From the NCBI RefSeq assembly GCF_963921235.1, contig NC_086097.1, positions 221,838,001 to 221,902,000 on the forward strand: 64,000 bases of DNA, given 5' to 3'. The stretch is from Mobula hypostoma. Taxonomy: Eukaryota. Below, one piece after another: positions 39,113 through 51,813 of this stretch. The notes below the pieces were generated by a model. It worked only from the letters and a program-made list of their open reading frames with translations, did no database searches and was not told the origin of the DNA. The translations under genes and the position numbers were made by a program. The first letter of the stretch is position 1; each line of letters begins with the position of its first letter.

Positions 39113-39654
39113 CAATAGTTCACATGACAAGCTTGTCAAGATTAAATAGAGGAGATGGACATGCTGGTGATACACAGCTGGTGAGGCAGCACTGGTGAAG
39201 ACAGAAACAGACAAGGTTTCAAGCTGAAGCATTTCATCTCAAAACTCAGGATAAAACTCTGACCTGAAAATCAGAAAATCTATAGATCTGAATGTGCAGA
39301 AATCCAGTCAGAATAAATGTGGAATAAGGCAAAGCCAGAAACAGTCAGTGAGGAAAATGAAAGTGAATTGGAAGTGAATTTTGGCAGGAAACTGATCAAA
39401 GGAGAAAAGAAAATAGCAAAGAGATAAAAGGGAATATATATATATATATATATAAATCCTGCCAGAGAAAAAAAAATACCAGAACTTCGAGTTGAACATA
39501 CTGGAAAAGAAGTGGCAGTATTATACAAATAAATTCTAATACACGCTGGAATTCTGACATAGAGACATAGAATGTTGTTAATAAACAGGGGCTAGAAATT
39601 ACTTCATACAATTCTAAAACATATTGGCACTAACAGATCAGTAGGAGAAGCGTT

Positions 39655-42012
39655 TTGTTTTGTAATTTATTTTTTATTGAAGTTCATCATCAAACAAACA
39701 TTTACATAGATGTATTTCAGATACTGTACATATATATCATATATTCATATTTGCCACAAATCTCCACATAATATTTATCTGAGGTATACACTTATAGAAA
39801 AGAGAGGAAAGAAAGAACAAGCAAAAGGAGAAAACTATGTACAAGTAGGGAGTGATCTTCTTTTTACAACATATTCATTGATTTGTGAGAATAAAATCAA
39901 GCCTATGAGGTGTTACGTAGTTAAACCATTTTTCCCAGTATGAATCAAATTGTTCCAATTTATGATTAACAGATGCTGTTGTCTTCTCCATTTTGTAAAT
40001 ATCCATTGTAATTTCCAACCATGCATTTAAAGTTGGGCTCTCCTGTGATAAATATTTCCCGATAAGAGTCTTTTTACCAGCCTTCTACTCTATTCTAGGT
40101 ATCCATTAGTCTCCTGAGACCATGGATTTGCGCCGTTGAAGGTTTCCAGGGCACAGGCCTGGGCAAGGTTATATAGAAGACCGGCAGTTGCCCATGCAGC
40201 AAGTCTCCTCTCTCCACGCCACCGATGTTGTCCAAGGGAAGGGCACTAGGGCCGATACAGCTTGGCACTGGTGCCGTCGCAGAGCAATGTGTGGTTAAGT
40301 GCCTTGCTCAAGGACACAACACACTGCCTCAGCTGAGGCTCGAACTAGCGACCTTCAGATCACTAGACCAATGCCTTAACCACTTGGCCACGTGCCAACA
40401 CAGCCACCAGCAGCATATTCATTAAATACTTACCTCTTTTCAACCACTCTCGAGGTATATACCCAAAATATATGGTCTTACTTTCTAAGGGTATTTCACA
40501 TTTAAAGGTGTCTTGTAGGGCATTGTGTATCCCATTCCAATAGTCTTTGATAATGGGGTAATCCCAGAAATATGTTAATGGTTTGCATTTTGATTTCCAC
40601 AATTTCTCCAGCAAACAGGGAGGTTACTATCATAATGTGATTTCTGAGAGGGTGTAATAAAATATCTTATCAAGTTTTTCCATCCAAACTCCCTCCATTT
40701 CTGTGAACTGGTACACTTCCATTGATACCTCCATATTATTGTCCATTCTTCCTCAGATATTATTATCCCTCCTTCCTTCTCCCATTTTGTTTTAATGTAT
40801 GAAGTCGAATGTGTTTTAAGATTTGACAAACCCTATACACGTTTGAAATGATTGGTTACATTTTTAACCCTCCTATTAACATACTGTCACATCTGTAAAT
40901 ACCGATAAAAGTCTTGTTTTTCTAATAAATGTTTCTCTTTAAGCGTTTCAAAACTGAACAGTGTTCCTTCTTTCATTATATTGCAAAGAACTGTTACTCC
41001 TTTAGTTGTCCAGTCCCTAAATCTAGCATCCAGTTTATTCGGCGTAAAATCTGAATCATATGCACACCATTTAAGAATTGCCATATCTCCCTCTAGTTTA
41101 TATTCATTTATAATAGTTTTTCATATTTTAAGAGTCCATTTCACCCATGGGTTATCAATAGTATTTATGTAACTTTGTAGGTTGTTATCGGCCAACATTG
41201 CCTGTATGGGGATGGAAAGTATCCTCTCCTCAATCTTTTTCCATTGAGCATCACATGATGGGTTGCACCAGCATATCACAGCTCTCAGCTGTGCTGCAAA
41301 ATAATAATCTCTAAGAGAAGGTATGCCCCATCCTCCCTTTTCCTTGGCTAATTGCAAAGTTTTGAGACGAACTCTAGGCTTTTTACCTTGTGATATATAT
41401 CTTGATAACATTTTGTTCCATTCATTGAATTGATTTTGGTTAATCATTATTAGTAAGGTCTGAAAGAGATATAATAGTCTGGGCAATATATTCATTTTAA
41501 TGGATTGAATCCTTGAACTGGACTAAAAAAAGGAATTAGGTTCCATCTTATTATATCTTCCTTAATTTTTTAATATATAGGCAGATAATTGTATTCTGAT
41601 AATTTTACCAAATCTTTTGGCATAATGATGCCCAAATATTTGAAAGACTCTGTTTGCCATGCCCTGGGATATCGACTTTCAATTTCTCTTGGTGGGTTAT
41701 AGTTATATGAAAGTAATTTGGTTTTATCTATGTTGATCTTTTATCTTGATAATTGACCATATTGTTCAAAGGATTGCATCAATTTAGGTAAAGAGTATGT
41801 TGGTTGCCCTAGATAGATCAAACTGTCATCCGCATAACAGGCCAACTTATGCTGTCCCTTTAATAATAATTCCCCTGATACCTTCATTTTGTCTGATGTA
41901 TTGAGCTAATGGTTCCAGATATAATGCGAAGAGTAGCGGTGACCATGAACAACCCTGTCTCGTGCCCCTTTCTAGGGTAAAACTATTTGATAAATGTCCA
42001 TTGATTTTAATG
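39655..42012 (-). mobile_element. L1-clade LINE, 5'-truncated within RT
   Basis: [21 protein letters not shown] (~41910-41972), YADD (~41826-41837), MNILPRLLYLFQ, GGWGIPS, CWRNC zinc finger; AATAAA and A-rich 3' end near 39660-39680. Confidence 0.9.
40083..40400 (-). mobile_element. Full-length tRNA-derived SINE with CORE-like central motif, inserted in L1
   Basis: A box GTGGCCAAGTGG, B box AGTTCGAGCC, then TGTGTCCTTGAGCAAGGCACTTAACC; TSD CAGCC (40078-40082, 40401-40405); L1 frame resumes. Confidence 0.88.
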
Positions 42013-42227
42013 TCAGAGAAGCCTTAAGGAACGACAACATGAGTTTAAGGAGCTAGGTAGTCATATAAAGAGCAGAGTTTGTAATGACTGGATTATTTCT
42101 GGTGTTACATGAAAGATAAGTCAGATGAACATGTGGCTGAAGAGATGGGGAGATCCCTTGATTATTGGGAGGATTTCAAGTGAATGTTGGAGCTGTACAA
42201 GAAGGATGGCATTAAATTAAATTAAAT

Positions 42228-42265
42228 GAGTCCTGACGAAGGGTCGCAGCCCGAAATGTCAACTG
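42228..42265 (+). ncRNA. Minimal type-I hammerhead ribozyme-like motif, best-preserved core in the window, in a Penelope terminal repeat (42228-42352)
   Basis: GAGTC-CTGACGA-A-GGGTCGCAGCCC-GAAAT-GTC-AACTG: CUGANGA and GAAA boxes intact, stem II GGG/CCC, GUC triplet; one mismatch at the base of stem I. Confidence 0.6.
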
Positions 42266-42499
42266 TACCTCTTCATATAGATGCTGCCTGGCCTGCTGCA
42301 TTCCACCAGTGTGTGTGTTGCTTGAATTTCCAGCATCTGCAGATTTCTTTCTGTTGGCATTAAATTGGAATGGGATGAGCATCCTAGCATCCAGTTATAG
42401 GCTGACTTTCACTGATTGGACGTTCTTCCTCTCAATGTTTCGAATATTCTTGGATAAACCATTTAAATACTTGTGTTTTGGGATGTACTGTTCAGCTTA

Positions 42500-44245
42500 A
42501 AGGTTTTTGTAGTTGCGTGGCTTTACTGAATAAAGTTTTATTTTGAGTTCTGGCTTTGTCCTATCTCATGGTTTTGCGTCTCATCAATAGTTATAGCTGA
42601 GCAAACACAACAAATTGGTGATGACCTTCTGTATTATATCAACATGACAATTTTGGCAAAAGACTCAAGTGCAATTCTACAACAGCAGCAAGCTCAATTT
42701 GAGGCATCCCAAAAGAGATATGGCAATCTTAACCAAGACATTATCAGTGAGTCCAAAGACGTCACTGTCAAACACTGAACAGAACTCATGTGAGTTATTT
42801 GTTGTGTCAATTATTAATTTCCAGTTTTAAGCCATTTCAGGCATTAGATTTGAATAGTGGTTATGAAGATATATGCTGGGCCGAGTTTGCCAGTAAAGGC
42901 GACTCATGGAAGACATGCACTTTGTTCCACAAAGTGGGTACTGTTGAACATGAAGCTATTTCAACTTCATTCTGCCCCAGAACCCGTGTGACCTATTGTT
43001 TGACAAAACTGGCTGACAGCTAGCAAACATTTTGGAGAATAGTCATTGCTCTTCAGTGTTTGCTACCATGGCCTAAAACTCATTAAACATGATGCAGATG
43101 ACTTCATCGCATATGCTAGTGTCATCATTCGGGAATGTGAAAAGCTCAGGGTGGATAACGTGACTGAATCACATTTCAAATGTCTGATTTTTATTTGCAA
43201 ACTTCGGGCACCTGGGGATGCAGGCATTGGCCAATGGCTCCTAGCAAGACTGGATCCAGAACCTGATATGATGCTAGAAGCTGACACTCAAGAGTATCAC
43301 TGTTTGATCATCCTGGTTAAACAGATCTACTGCATGTCAATGCTGTTTCCAATGGCCCAGACATCACCTCTCAGCAGATCTCCAAGCAGCCAAACTCAGC
43401 TTGTTGGAACTGTGGTATGTAGCATTTACACAAGAAACTGCCAAAACAAGAAACACATTTGCAGCAAATGTCGACTTCATGGTCACAAAGAAGGTTATTG
43501 TCATCCTTCACTGTCTTCTAGGTCATTGACACACAAAGCCAAGAAGTTTCAAAAGGCATCAAAATCTACATGGAGTTTAATAGTGACGTCCAAAGTTGAC
43601 TTTGCCCCCAGGAGAAGGTATGTCAATGTACTTATCAACAATCAGTTGGTCAAGCTACAACTCAATAGGGTGTCAGATATCACTATTATCTCCAAACACA
43701 CATGGCAAGTACTTAGGTCCCCACCAGTCATATCAACACATTATTCCGCCTGCAGTGCATCAAGTGGAAACCTCCAGCTGACTGGTGAACTGCACTGAAT
43801 GGTGAAGTTGAACTGTAGCTAAGTCATTGGTGTGTTATCTAACAGATCAGCCAGATCTCAATGTCCTTAGTATTAACTGGATGGACAAGCTTGATACTTG
43901 CAGAATCCCTCGAGATGAAGTGAAGTCTATACAAAGATATTGGCTATTTAAGTCATGTCAGTCAACACCATACCTCCATCAGTAGATGAGATCATATAGT
44001 ACGCTAACAGGTACAACAGCAATCTGCAGCACTGTATCAAGAAGGTTTAGCTTCTGTCCCAAAGTTCAGGACCATACACTACAGATATCATGGAGCAAGA
44101 GCTAGATAGCCTGCAACAAGCTGATGTGATCAAAGCTGTCCACTACTCACGTTGGGCAACTCCAATAGTCATTATCAAGAAACTCAGTGAGGTTGTGTGC
44201 AGACTTCTCAAATAGTCTCAGTGAGACTTTGAAGACATACCAGTG
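42500..44245 (+). mobile_element. Degenerate Gypsy (Mag-like) LTR retrotransposon 5' part: gag, protease, RT start
   Basis: AATAAA near 42529 and TTGGTGATGAC PBS-like site near 42616; ORF 43046..43798 with FKCLIFIC, CSKCRLHGHKEGYC knuckle and VKLQLNRVSDITIIS protease-like site; ELDSLQQADVIKAV..WATPIVIIKK near 44098-44182. Confidence 0.8.
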
Positions 44246-45029
44246 TAGGTTTTCACAAATAAAACAGCGTAGGCAATTTATGTTTAAGAAAAAGTGTACA
44301 GCTCCTTAGCTGAACACCAAAAACTGCACACTAACCATGGTAAAAGTCCTTTACGCAAAAACCTGATCACGTCAGACCAGTTTCTTAAAGTGAACCTCAA
44401 GCCAATGTCAGTAGTTCTGAATTCTCTACATTTCCACCAGTTACATTACCCCACACAAGCCCCCCAAGAATTCACTAAAACTGGCATTGTGAGCCTGTCT
44501 GGAACTTGGACGAGCCACCCTTATGTTCCATGGCTCATTCAGAGGTGTGTTGACACATCTATGGTCATGTTTTGACAGTAGGGGCATTTTTCAAGCTTTT
44601 TCAAGTATGTAAAAAAAAATAAGAGAGATAAGAGTGGATATAAGACCACTAAAAATGAGGCTGGAGAAATAGTAACGGGGGACAAGGAAATGGCAGATGA
44701 ACTAAGTGAGTATTTTACATCAGTCTTCACTGCGACAGACACTAACAATTTGCCAACTGTTGAAGGGTGTAAGGGAAGAGAAGTAAGTACAGTTACTATT
44801 ACAAGGGAGAAGGTACTCAAAAAGCTGAAAGACCTAAAGGTACATAAGTCACCCAGACCAGATGAACAGCACCCTAGGGTTTTGAAGGAGGTAATGGTAG
44901 AGATTGTGGAGGCATTAGTAATGATCTTTCAAATATCATTGGACTCTGGCATGGTGCCAGAGAACTGGAAAATTGCAAATATCACTCCACTCTTTAAGAA
45001 AGGAGGAAGGCAGCAGAGAGGAAATTATC

Positions 45030-46768
45030 ACAAGACAAAGGAGCAGAAGTAGGCCATTCGGCCCATCGAGTCTGCTCCGCAGCTCCCCCATAAGCTAAAC
45101 TATTCACCCATCTAGTTCCAATTTCCAGCTTTTTCCCCATATCCCTTGATACCCCGACTAATTAGATACCTGTCAATCTCCTCCTTAAACACCCTCAATG
45201 ATTGAGCCTCCACAGCTGTATGTGGCAAGAAATTCCACAAATCCATGACCCTCTGGCTAAAAAAATTTCTCCTCATCCCTGTTTTAACTGGGTACCTTCT
45301 AATTCTAAGACTATGGCCTCTTGTCCTGGACTCATCCACCAAGGGAAACAACCTTTCCACATCTACTCTGTCCAACCCTTTCAACATTCGAAATGTTTCT
45401 ATGAGATCCCCTCTCATTCCTCTATACTCTAATGAGTACAATCCAAGACCCAACAAATGCTCCTCATATGTTAGCCCCTGCATTCCAGGAATCATCCTCG
45501 TAAATCTTCTCTGAACTCTCTCCAACATCAGTACATCCTTTCTAAGATAGGGGGCCCAAAACTGCACACAGTATTCCAAATGAGGTCTCACTAATGCCCC
45601 ATAGAGCCTCATCAACACCTCCTTACTCTTATACACTATTCCTCTTGAAATGAATGCAAACATAGCATTCGCTTTCCTTACCGCCAATCCAACTTGGTGG
45701 TTAACCTTTAGGGTATCCTGCACGAGGACCCCCAAGTCCCTTTGCACTTCCGATTTTTGAATTTTCTCCCCATCTAAATAATAATCTGCCCAATTATTTC
45801 TTCTTCCGAAATGTACAACCATACATTTGTCAACGTTATATCTCATCTGCTATTTCTTTGCCCACTCTCCTAAACTAACTAAGTCTCTCTGCAACCTTTC
45901 TGTTTCTTCAACATTTTCTGCTCCACCACCTATCTTGGTGTCATCTGCAAACTTATCCACAAAACCATTTAGTCCATAATCCAAATCATCGATATACATC
46001 GTAAAAAGAAGCGGCCCCACCACCGACCCCTACGGAACACCACTAGTAACTGGCAACCAATCAGAATAGGATCCCTTTATACCCACCCTTTGCTTTCTGC
46101 CTATCAGCCAATGCTCCACCCATTCCAATATCTTTCCTATAATTGCATGGGCTTTCATCTTATTAAGCAGCCTCATATGCGACACCTTATCGAAGGCCTT
46201 TTGAAAATCCAAGTACACAACATCCACAGCCTCTCCCTTGTCAATCTTATTCGAGATTACCTCAAAAAATTCCAATAGGTTGGTGAGGCAGGATCTTCCC
46301 TTCATGAAACCATGCTGGCTTCGGCCTATCTTGTCATGCCCCTCGAGGTATTTCATAACCTCGTCCTTGAGGATTGACTCCAATATCTTTCCAACTACCG
46401 ATGTCAGTCTAATAGGTCTGTAATTTTCTTTTTGCTGCCTCCTTCCTTTCTTAAATAGCGGAACTACTTTTGCGACCTTCCAGTCCTCTGGAACTATGCC
46501 AGCGCCTATTGATTCCTGGAAGATCATCTCCAATGCTTCCACAATCTCCAAAGCCACCTCCTTCAGAACCCTTGGGTGCACCTCATCTGGACCGGGAGAC
46601 TTATCTATTCTTAGTCCACTTAGCTTCCCAAGCACTTTCTCTCCAGTAATCTTGACTGTACCTAATTCTATTCCCTGATACCTCTGGCAATCAGGTATAT
46701 TGCTCATGTCTTCCACTGTGAAGACTGATGCAAAATACTCATTCAGTTCCTCCGCCATCTCTTTGTTA
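45030..46768 (-). mobile_element. Young 5'-truncated CR1 nested in opposite orientation
   Basis: ORFs 46030..46758 and 45112..45846 nearly contiguous RT; TTAT at both junctions. Confidence 0.93.
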
Positions 46769-46822
46769 TGGACCAGTTAGCCTGACCTTAGTGGTTGGGA
46801 AGATGTTGGAATCAATTGTTAG

Positions 46823-47500
46823 ATTATGAGAACACTCAGTCCTCTTCTTATTGTCATTTAGAAATGCATACGTGCATTAAGAAATGATACAATGTTTCTC
46901 CGGAGTGATATCACAGAAAACATGACAAACCAAAGACTAACATTGACAGAACCACATAATTATAAAATATAGTTGCAGCAGTGCAAAGCAATACCATAAT
47001 TTGATGAAAAACAAATCATGGGCACGGTAAATAAAATCTCAAAAGTACCCGATCAACTCCCGAGTCCCCGATAGCAGGCAGCAAAAGGGAGAAACTCCCT
47101 GCCATAAAACTCCAGGCACCGTCAACTTGCCGATACCTTGGAAGCAGCCGACCACAGCCGACACTGAGCCCATCCATCTGAAAACTTCGAGCCTCTGACC
47201 AGCCCCTCTGATACAGCCTCCTGAGTGCCATCCTCTGCCGAGCGCCTTCGACCTCACCCCGGCCGCTGAAACAAGCAAAGCCGAGGATTTCGGGGCTTTC
47301 TGCTCCGGAGATTCCAGTTACCACACAGTAGCAGCGGCAGCGAAGTGGGCATTTCAGAAGTTTTCCAGATGTTCCTCCGTGCTCTCACGTCTGTCTCCAT
47401 CAAATCAGAATTGTGCACAGTCCCCTTCTTGACAGATAACAGACATCACCACCGAAGTGGCCGCGTGTGCGGCCGTCGCACTGCCATCTTCTCCTCTTTT
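46823..47500 (-). mobile_element. Non-autonomous bipartite LINE-derived element inserted in CR1
   Basis: Minus 5' end GAGGAGAAGATGGCAG, CpG-rich body, 3' end ACAATAAGAAGAGGACTGAGTGTTCTCATAATCT; TTGTTA at both flanks. Confidence 0.7.
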
Positions 47501-48489
47501 TTCCTCTTTGTTAAGGATGAGGTTATGGAGTACTTGGTGACACAGTAGAAGATAGGACAAAGTCAGCATGGTTTACTTAAGGGAAAATGTGCCAGATGAA
47601 CCTGTTGGAATTCTTTGAGGGGATTACAAGTAGGATAGATAAAAGGGATGCAGTGACTGCAGGTCAGTTAGTTAATATTTCAGGAGAAATGCTCCTCATC
47701 AGAACTGGTAAGGAGATGAAACCAGTTAGAACTGAACTGTAGAAGGTTGGCGGAGAGATAGATAGCACATTTGTCCGGAGATGTGTAGCTCCAACAACTC
47801 CAAAGAAGCTTGGCACCGTACAGTGTGAAACATCCAGCTCGTTTTGATCTTGGTTTATTATTGTCACATGTACCAATGAAACACTTGCCTTGCATACTGT
47901 TTACACACATCAAATCATTAGATGGTGCATTGAGTTTGAGTAAGGTAAAATAATAGAGAAATTAGATTTAAAAGAGTAGAACAATTATAACGGAAGAAAT
48001 GAATGGATCCACAGGGAGCAGCCTGCAGTGAATCGCCATGATCTGGCATCACCTTGGAGCTGAAGCTCCTTCCACTAGCCTAAATACTCATTGTCTATCA
48101 TCTACAAATGCACTGCCAGTGTAGGTCTACATATCCCGTATCCACAACACTTCCCACCAAGAAATAAGAGGGCAGCAGATGCATCAGAATACTTCAACCT
48201 GCAGATTCCCCTCCAAGTCTGCAATTAGATTTGAAAGGATATTACCACTGGACCTTAATCCCAGAACTCGCTGCCCAAGAGGGGGTATCTTCACCGGAAT
48301 GACAACAGTGGTTAGTTCACCAGAACTTTCTAAAGAACTATTAGTCTTAGCCATTGCCACTGATGCCTAGTTACCAATAAGTGGATGGATAGATAGATAG
48401 ATAATAGATTCTTTGACAAAGATTGGCCCTATGGCCTGCATTGGCTAGTGGCAAAGTGCTGAACTGAACTAAACTAAATACTACTAGTT

Positions 48490-48670
48490 TGATGTTGTTC
48501 ACTTGCTTTTTGCTATTTGTGCAGTTTGCTCTTTTCTCATGCATTGGGTGTATGTTTCCTTGAATGAGTTTCATGGTGTTTCATTGTTTCGTGGCTGCCT
48601 GTGGGAGGGTGAATCTCAGATCTATATTCTGTATACATACTTTGATAATAAATGTAGTTTGATTCTCTGA
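48490..48670 (+). mobile_element. Rex1-like 3'UTR-derived repeat
   Basis: GTGGCTGCCTGTGGGAGGGTGAATCTCAG..TACTTTGATAATAAATG, similar to 9270-9510. Confidence 0.55.
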
Positions 48671-48789
48671 ATCTCTGACTTGAAAACATGACCGTTCCCT
48701 GGGCCTAAATTCTGGAGCTAACTCCCCTGCGGCATTCAGCAGCACAATGGCTTTACGTGAAGGTGGCTGAACCTTCCAGATGGGCAAAA

Positions 48790-49070
48790 GAGTTATGTGA
48801 GACTGCAGGTGCTGTAATCTAGAGGAAGAAACAAAGGAACTCAGTGAACTGAGCAGCCACTGAAGGCAGTAAGGAATTGTTGATGTTTCGGGCCGTAGTC
48901 CTGCTTCAGGACCGGGAGTAGAGAGAGAAAATTGCTGGCATGAAAAAGAGAGAGAGAGAGGAGTGAAATAGGGGATGGTAGGTAATGGCTGGACTAAGGA
49001 GAGATGAGGGATGTGGGCCAAAGGAACAGTTTGGATGAAGGGATGGGTGAAGGTGGAAACAAAGTCTAGC
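48790..49070 (-). mobile_element. Penelope terminal-repeat fragment with degenerate hammerhead motif
   Basis: Minus GGTCCTGAAGCAGGACTACGGCCCGAAACATCAAC followed by GCTGCTCAGTTCACTGAGTTCC. Confidence 0.6.
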
Positions 49071-49086
49071 AATTAACAAAACAAAT

Positions 49087-50160
49087 GTAATATATATTAA
49101 TGATCTGGATGATGGGGTGATAAATTGGATTAGGTAGTATGCAGAAGATACTAAGGTAGGTGGTGTTGTGGATGATGAAGTAGGTTTTCAAAACTTGCAG
49201 AGATTTAGGCCAGTTAGAAGAGTGGGCTGAAAGATGGCAGATGGAGTTTAATGCTGAAAAATGTGAGGTGCTACATTTTGGTAGAACTAATCAAAATAGG
49301 ACATACATGGTAAATGGTAGGGCATTAAAGAATGCTTTAGAACAGAGGGATCTAGGAATAATGAGGAATAATGGTGCATTATGGTGCCCTGAAGATGGAA
49401 TCTCATGTGGATAGGGTGGTAAAGAAAGCTTTTGGTTTGCTGGCCTTTATTAATCAGAGCATTGGGTATAGGAGTTGGGATGTAATGTTTAATTTGTATA
49501 AGGCATTGATAAGGCCAAATCTGGAGTATTGTGTACAGTTCTGGTCACCAAATTATAGGAAAGATGTCAATAAAATTGAGAGAGTACAGAGGAGGTTTAC
49601 TAAAATGTTGCCTGGGTTTCATCTCCTAAGTTACAGAGAAAGGTTAAACAAGTTAGGTCTTTATTCTTTGGAGCGTAGCAGGTTGAGGGGGGACTTGATA
49701 GAGGTGTTTAAAATTATGAGGGGGATTGATAGAGTTGACGTGGTTAGACTTTTTCCATTGAGAGTGGGGAAGATTCAAACAAGAGACATAGGTTGAGAAT
49801 TAGAGGACAGAAGTTTAGGAGTAACATGAGGGGGAACTTCTTTACTCACAGAGTGGTAGTCATAGTCATAGTCATACTTTATTGATCCCAGGGGAAAGGA
49901 CTAGGACTATGACTATGACTGTGACTATGACTACCACTCTCTGTGTGGAATGTGTGTAGCTGTGTGGAATGAGCTTCCAGTAGAAGTGGTTGAGGCAGGG
50001 TCTATGTTGTCGTTTAAAGTTAAATTGGATAGATATATGGATAGGAAAGGAATGGAGGGTTATGGGCTGAATGCAGGTCGGTGGGACTAGGATAGGGTAA
50101 GAGTTTGGCACGGACTAGAAGGGCTGAGATGGCCTGTTTCCATGCTGTAATTGTTATCTG
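49087..50160 (+). mobile_element. 5'-truncated CR1 with a complex insertion at 49858-49955
   Basis: YINDLD, YAEDTK and RPNLEYC motifs; 3'UTR AAGGGCTGAGATGGCCTGTTTCC. Confidence 0.9.
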
Positions 50161-50611
50161 GTTATAAAACATGCTATCTTTCAATAAAGAGCTGCTTCTT
50201 GAAATGTCAATGTAAAGCACTCTCCTTAATTACAGTTCATGTTAGGTAAAGAGTTTTACATAAAGAGTGTAAGAGAACTAACACAGTAACAGGACAATGA
50301 CAACCCTTTCTGATTTTCAGATTTTTTTAAAGCAAGTTCTGGAATATTTCTCTGAAACCTTGTAAAAGAACCATTTGTTAAAACACTTGGCTCACCTCCC
50401 ACCCACCATTCCATTGCTGATGCTCCTGCAAACCTCCAGTCACAAAGATAAGCTGAAATAGGCATCATTAGCTCTCAGCAAATATTCCTGCAGACCTCAT
50501 TTATCATGGTGAATATCTGAGGGAATAACTTTTAATGAAGTATTGATACTGAGAATGGAAGAGGTCTCATTTGTTATGCTCAAGCTCCTTCCTCACTTCA
50601 GTGGAATCAAA

Positions 50612-50708
50612 GGCAATACACACTAAATGATGGAGGAACTCGGTGGGTCGGGCAGCATCTATGGAAAAGAGTTAACAGTCGTTGTTTCGGGCTGAAACCC
50701 TTCATCGG
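50612..50708 (-). mobile_element. Solo Penelope terminal repeat
   Basis: GGAGGAACTC..GCAGCATCTATGGAAAAGAG..CAGTCGTTGTTTCGGGCTGAAACCCTTCATC. Confidence 0.7.
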
Positions 50709-51684
50709 TGGAATCATTACATTTTTTCCTGTGTCAAGTACCAAAATGGTATCTGTTTTTGTTCAGTTGCATTAAAGACTTGCTGCAGCAGTCACGTTCC
50801 AAGTTGCAATTCCACAACTGTCTAAAAAAGGTATGTCAAATTTAAATTTAGTTATATGTAAGACACTCATGTATAAAACTAAAAGGTGGCTACAGTGCAT
50901 AAAAAACACAATCAGCTCCTCACATCATTTCCACTTCGATCTTGGGACAATTCAACTAGTCTCACTCCCTCTTATCATGCCCACCAAGCACTGCAGTAGC
51001 AGAGTGGTAACTTTTAATTTAGACAGTGATTTTACTTTCAATTACAGGCCAGAAATTTAATAATCAAGCTATGCTTCTGAGAATCCTCTTTGAAAATACA
51101 GTAGGTCAACAGACTGTCAATTATAGAAGGTAAGAAAGCATGCAAAAAATAAGGAAACTGGTTAACATCATAATTTAGCAAGAATAACCTAGATTAAAAT
51201 GTTCAGCACTCAAGGATTTCTGAATTTGCCAAAATGGCCAGATTATGATTTGATGACAGCAACCCATTTGAACCGAGTAACAATCTTTTAACATTGAATA
51301 TGAAAGAACAAGCTGCAGTTTAAAGTTGTTGAAACTTTTAAAAAGAAGAGAAATATTATGTAATTCAAAGCCAAATGAAGATGAGCAGGGTGTGATTTGG
51401 TTTAAAAATGGAAGGAAATTCTTAAAACTACTCTCTAAATCCTGACAAGACCATTCTCTTTAGATAGATCCATTCTTTTGAGCCTGATTTGCCACAGTGA
51501 ACGCTAGAAATTCAGAAATGCCAATCAGCAAGATACAGCTTTATGCTTTGTTTAACTTATCAAAATATTTAACTGCAGTAGCATAATAGGCTGCTACTGA
51601 TTCCTTCTGAAACCTCGTTTAATGAAACATAGACACACATATCTCACTCTAGCATCTTGGGAAATCATTTAGTTAATTAACTAC

Positions 51685-51813
51685 ATGAGGAAGTCTGCAA
51701 ATGCTGGAAATCCAAGCAACACACACAAAATGCTGGAGGAACTCAGCAGGCCAGGCAGCATCTATGGAAACCGGTAAACAGTCGACATTTTGGGCCAAGT
51801 CCCTTCATCTGGT
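51685..51813 (-). mobile_element. Solo Penelope terminal repeat
   Basis: Near-identical to 35905-36038 and 38923-39025. Confidence 0.8.

Larger units (their letters stand above)
44585..47660 (+). mobile_element. Older CR1 fragment present as three pieces (44585-45029, 46769-46822, 47509-47660)
   Basis: ORF 44690..45052 ends FKKGGRQQRGNY; PVSLTLVVGKMLES resumes near 46770; VKDEVMEYL..SQHGL resumes near 47510. Confidence 0.85.

Noticed and set aside
39434..39453. (TA)n microsatellite (also ~5118-5132)
   Set aside because: Ordinary short simple repeats
40330..40400. tRNA gene (also 22930-22987)
   Set aside because: A and B boxes present but they are SINE heads continuing into SINE bodies; no full cloverleaf evident
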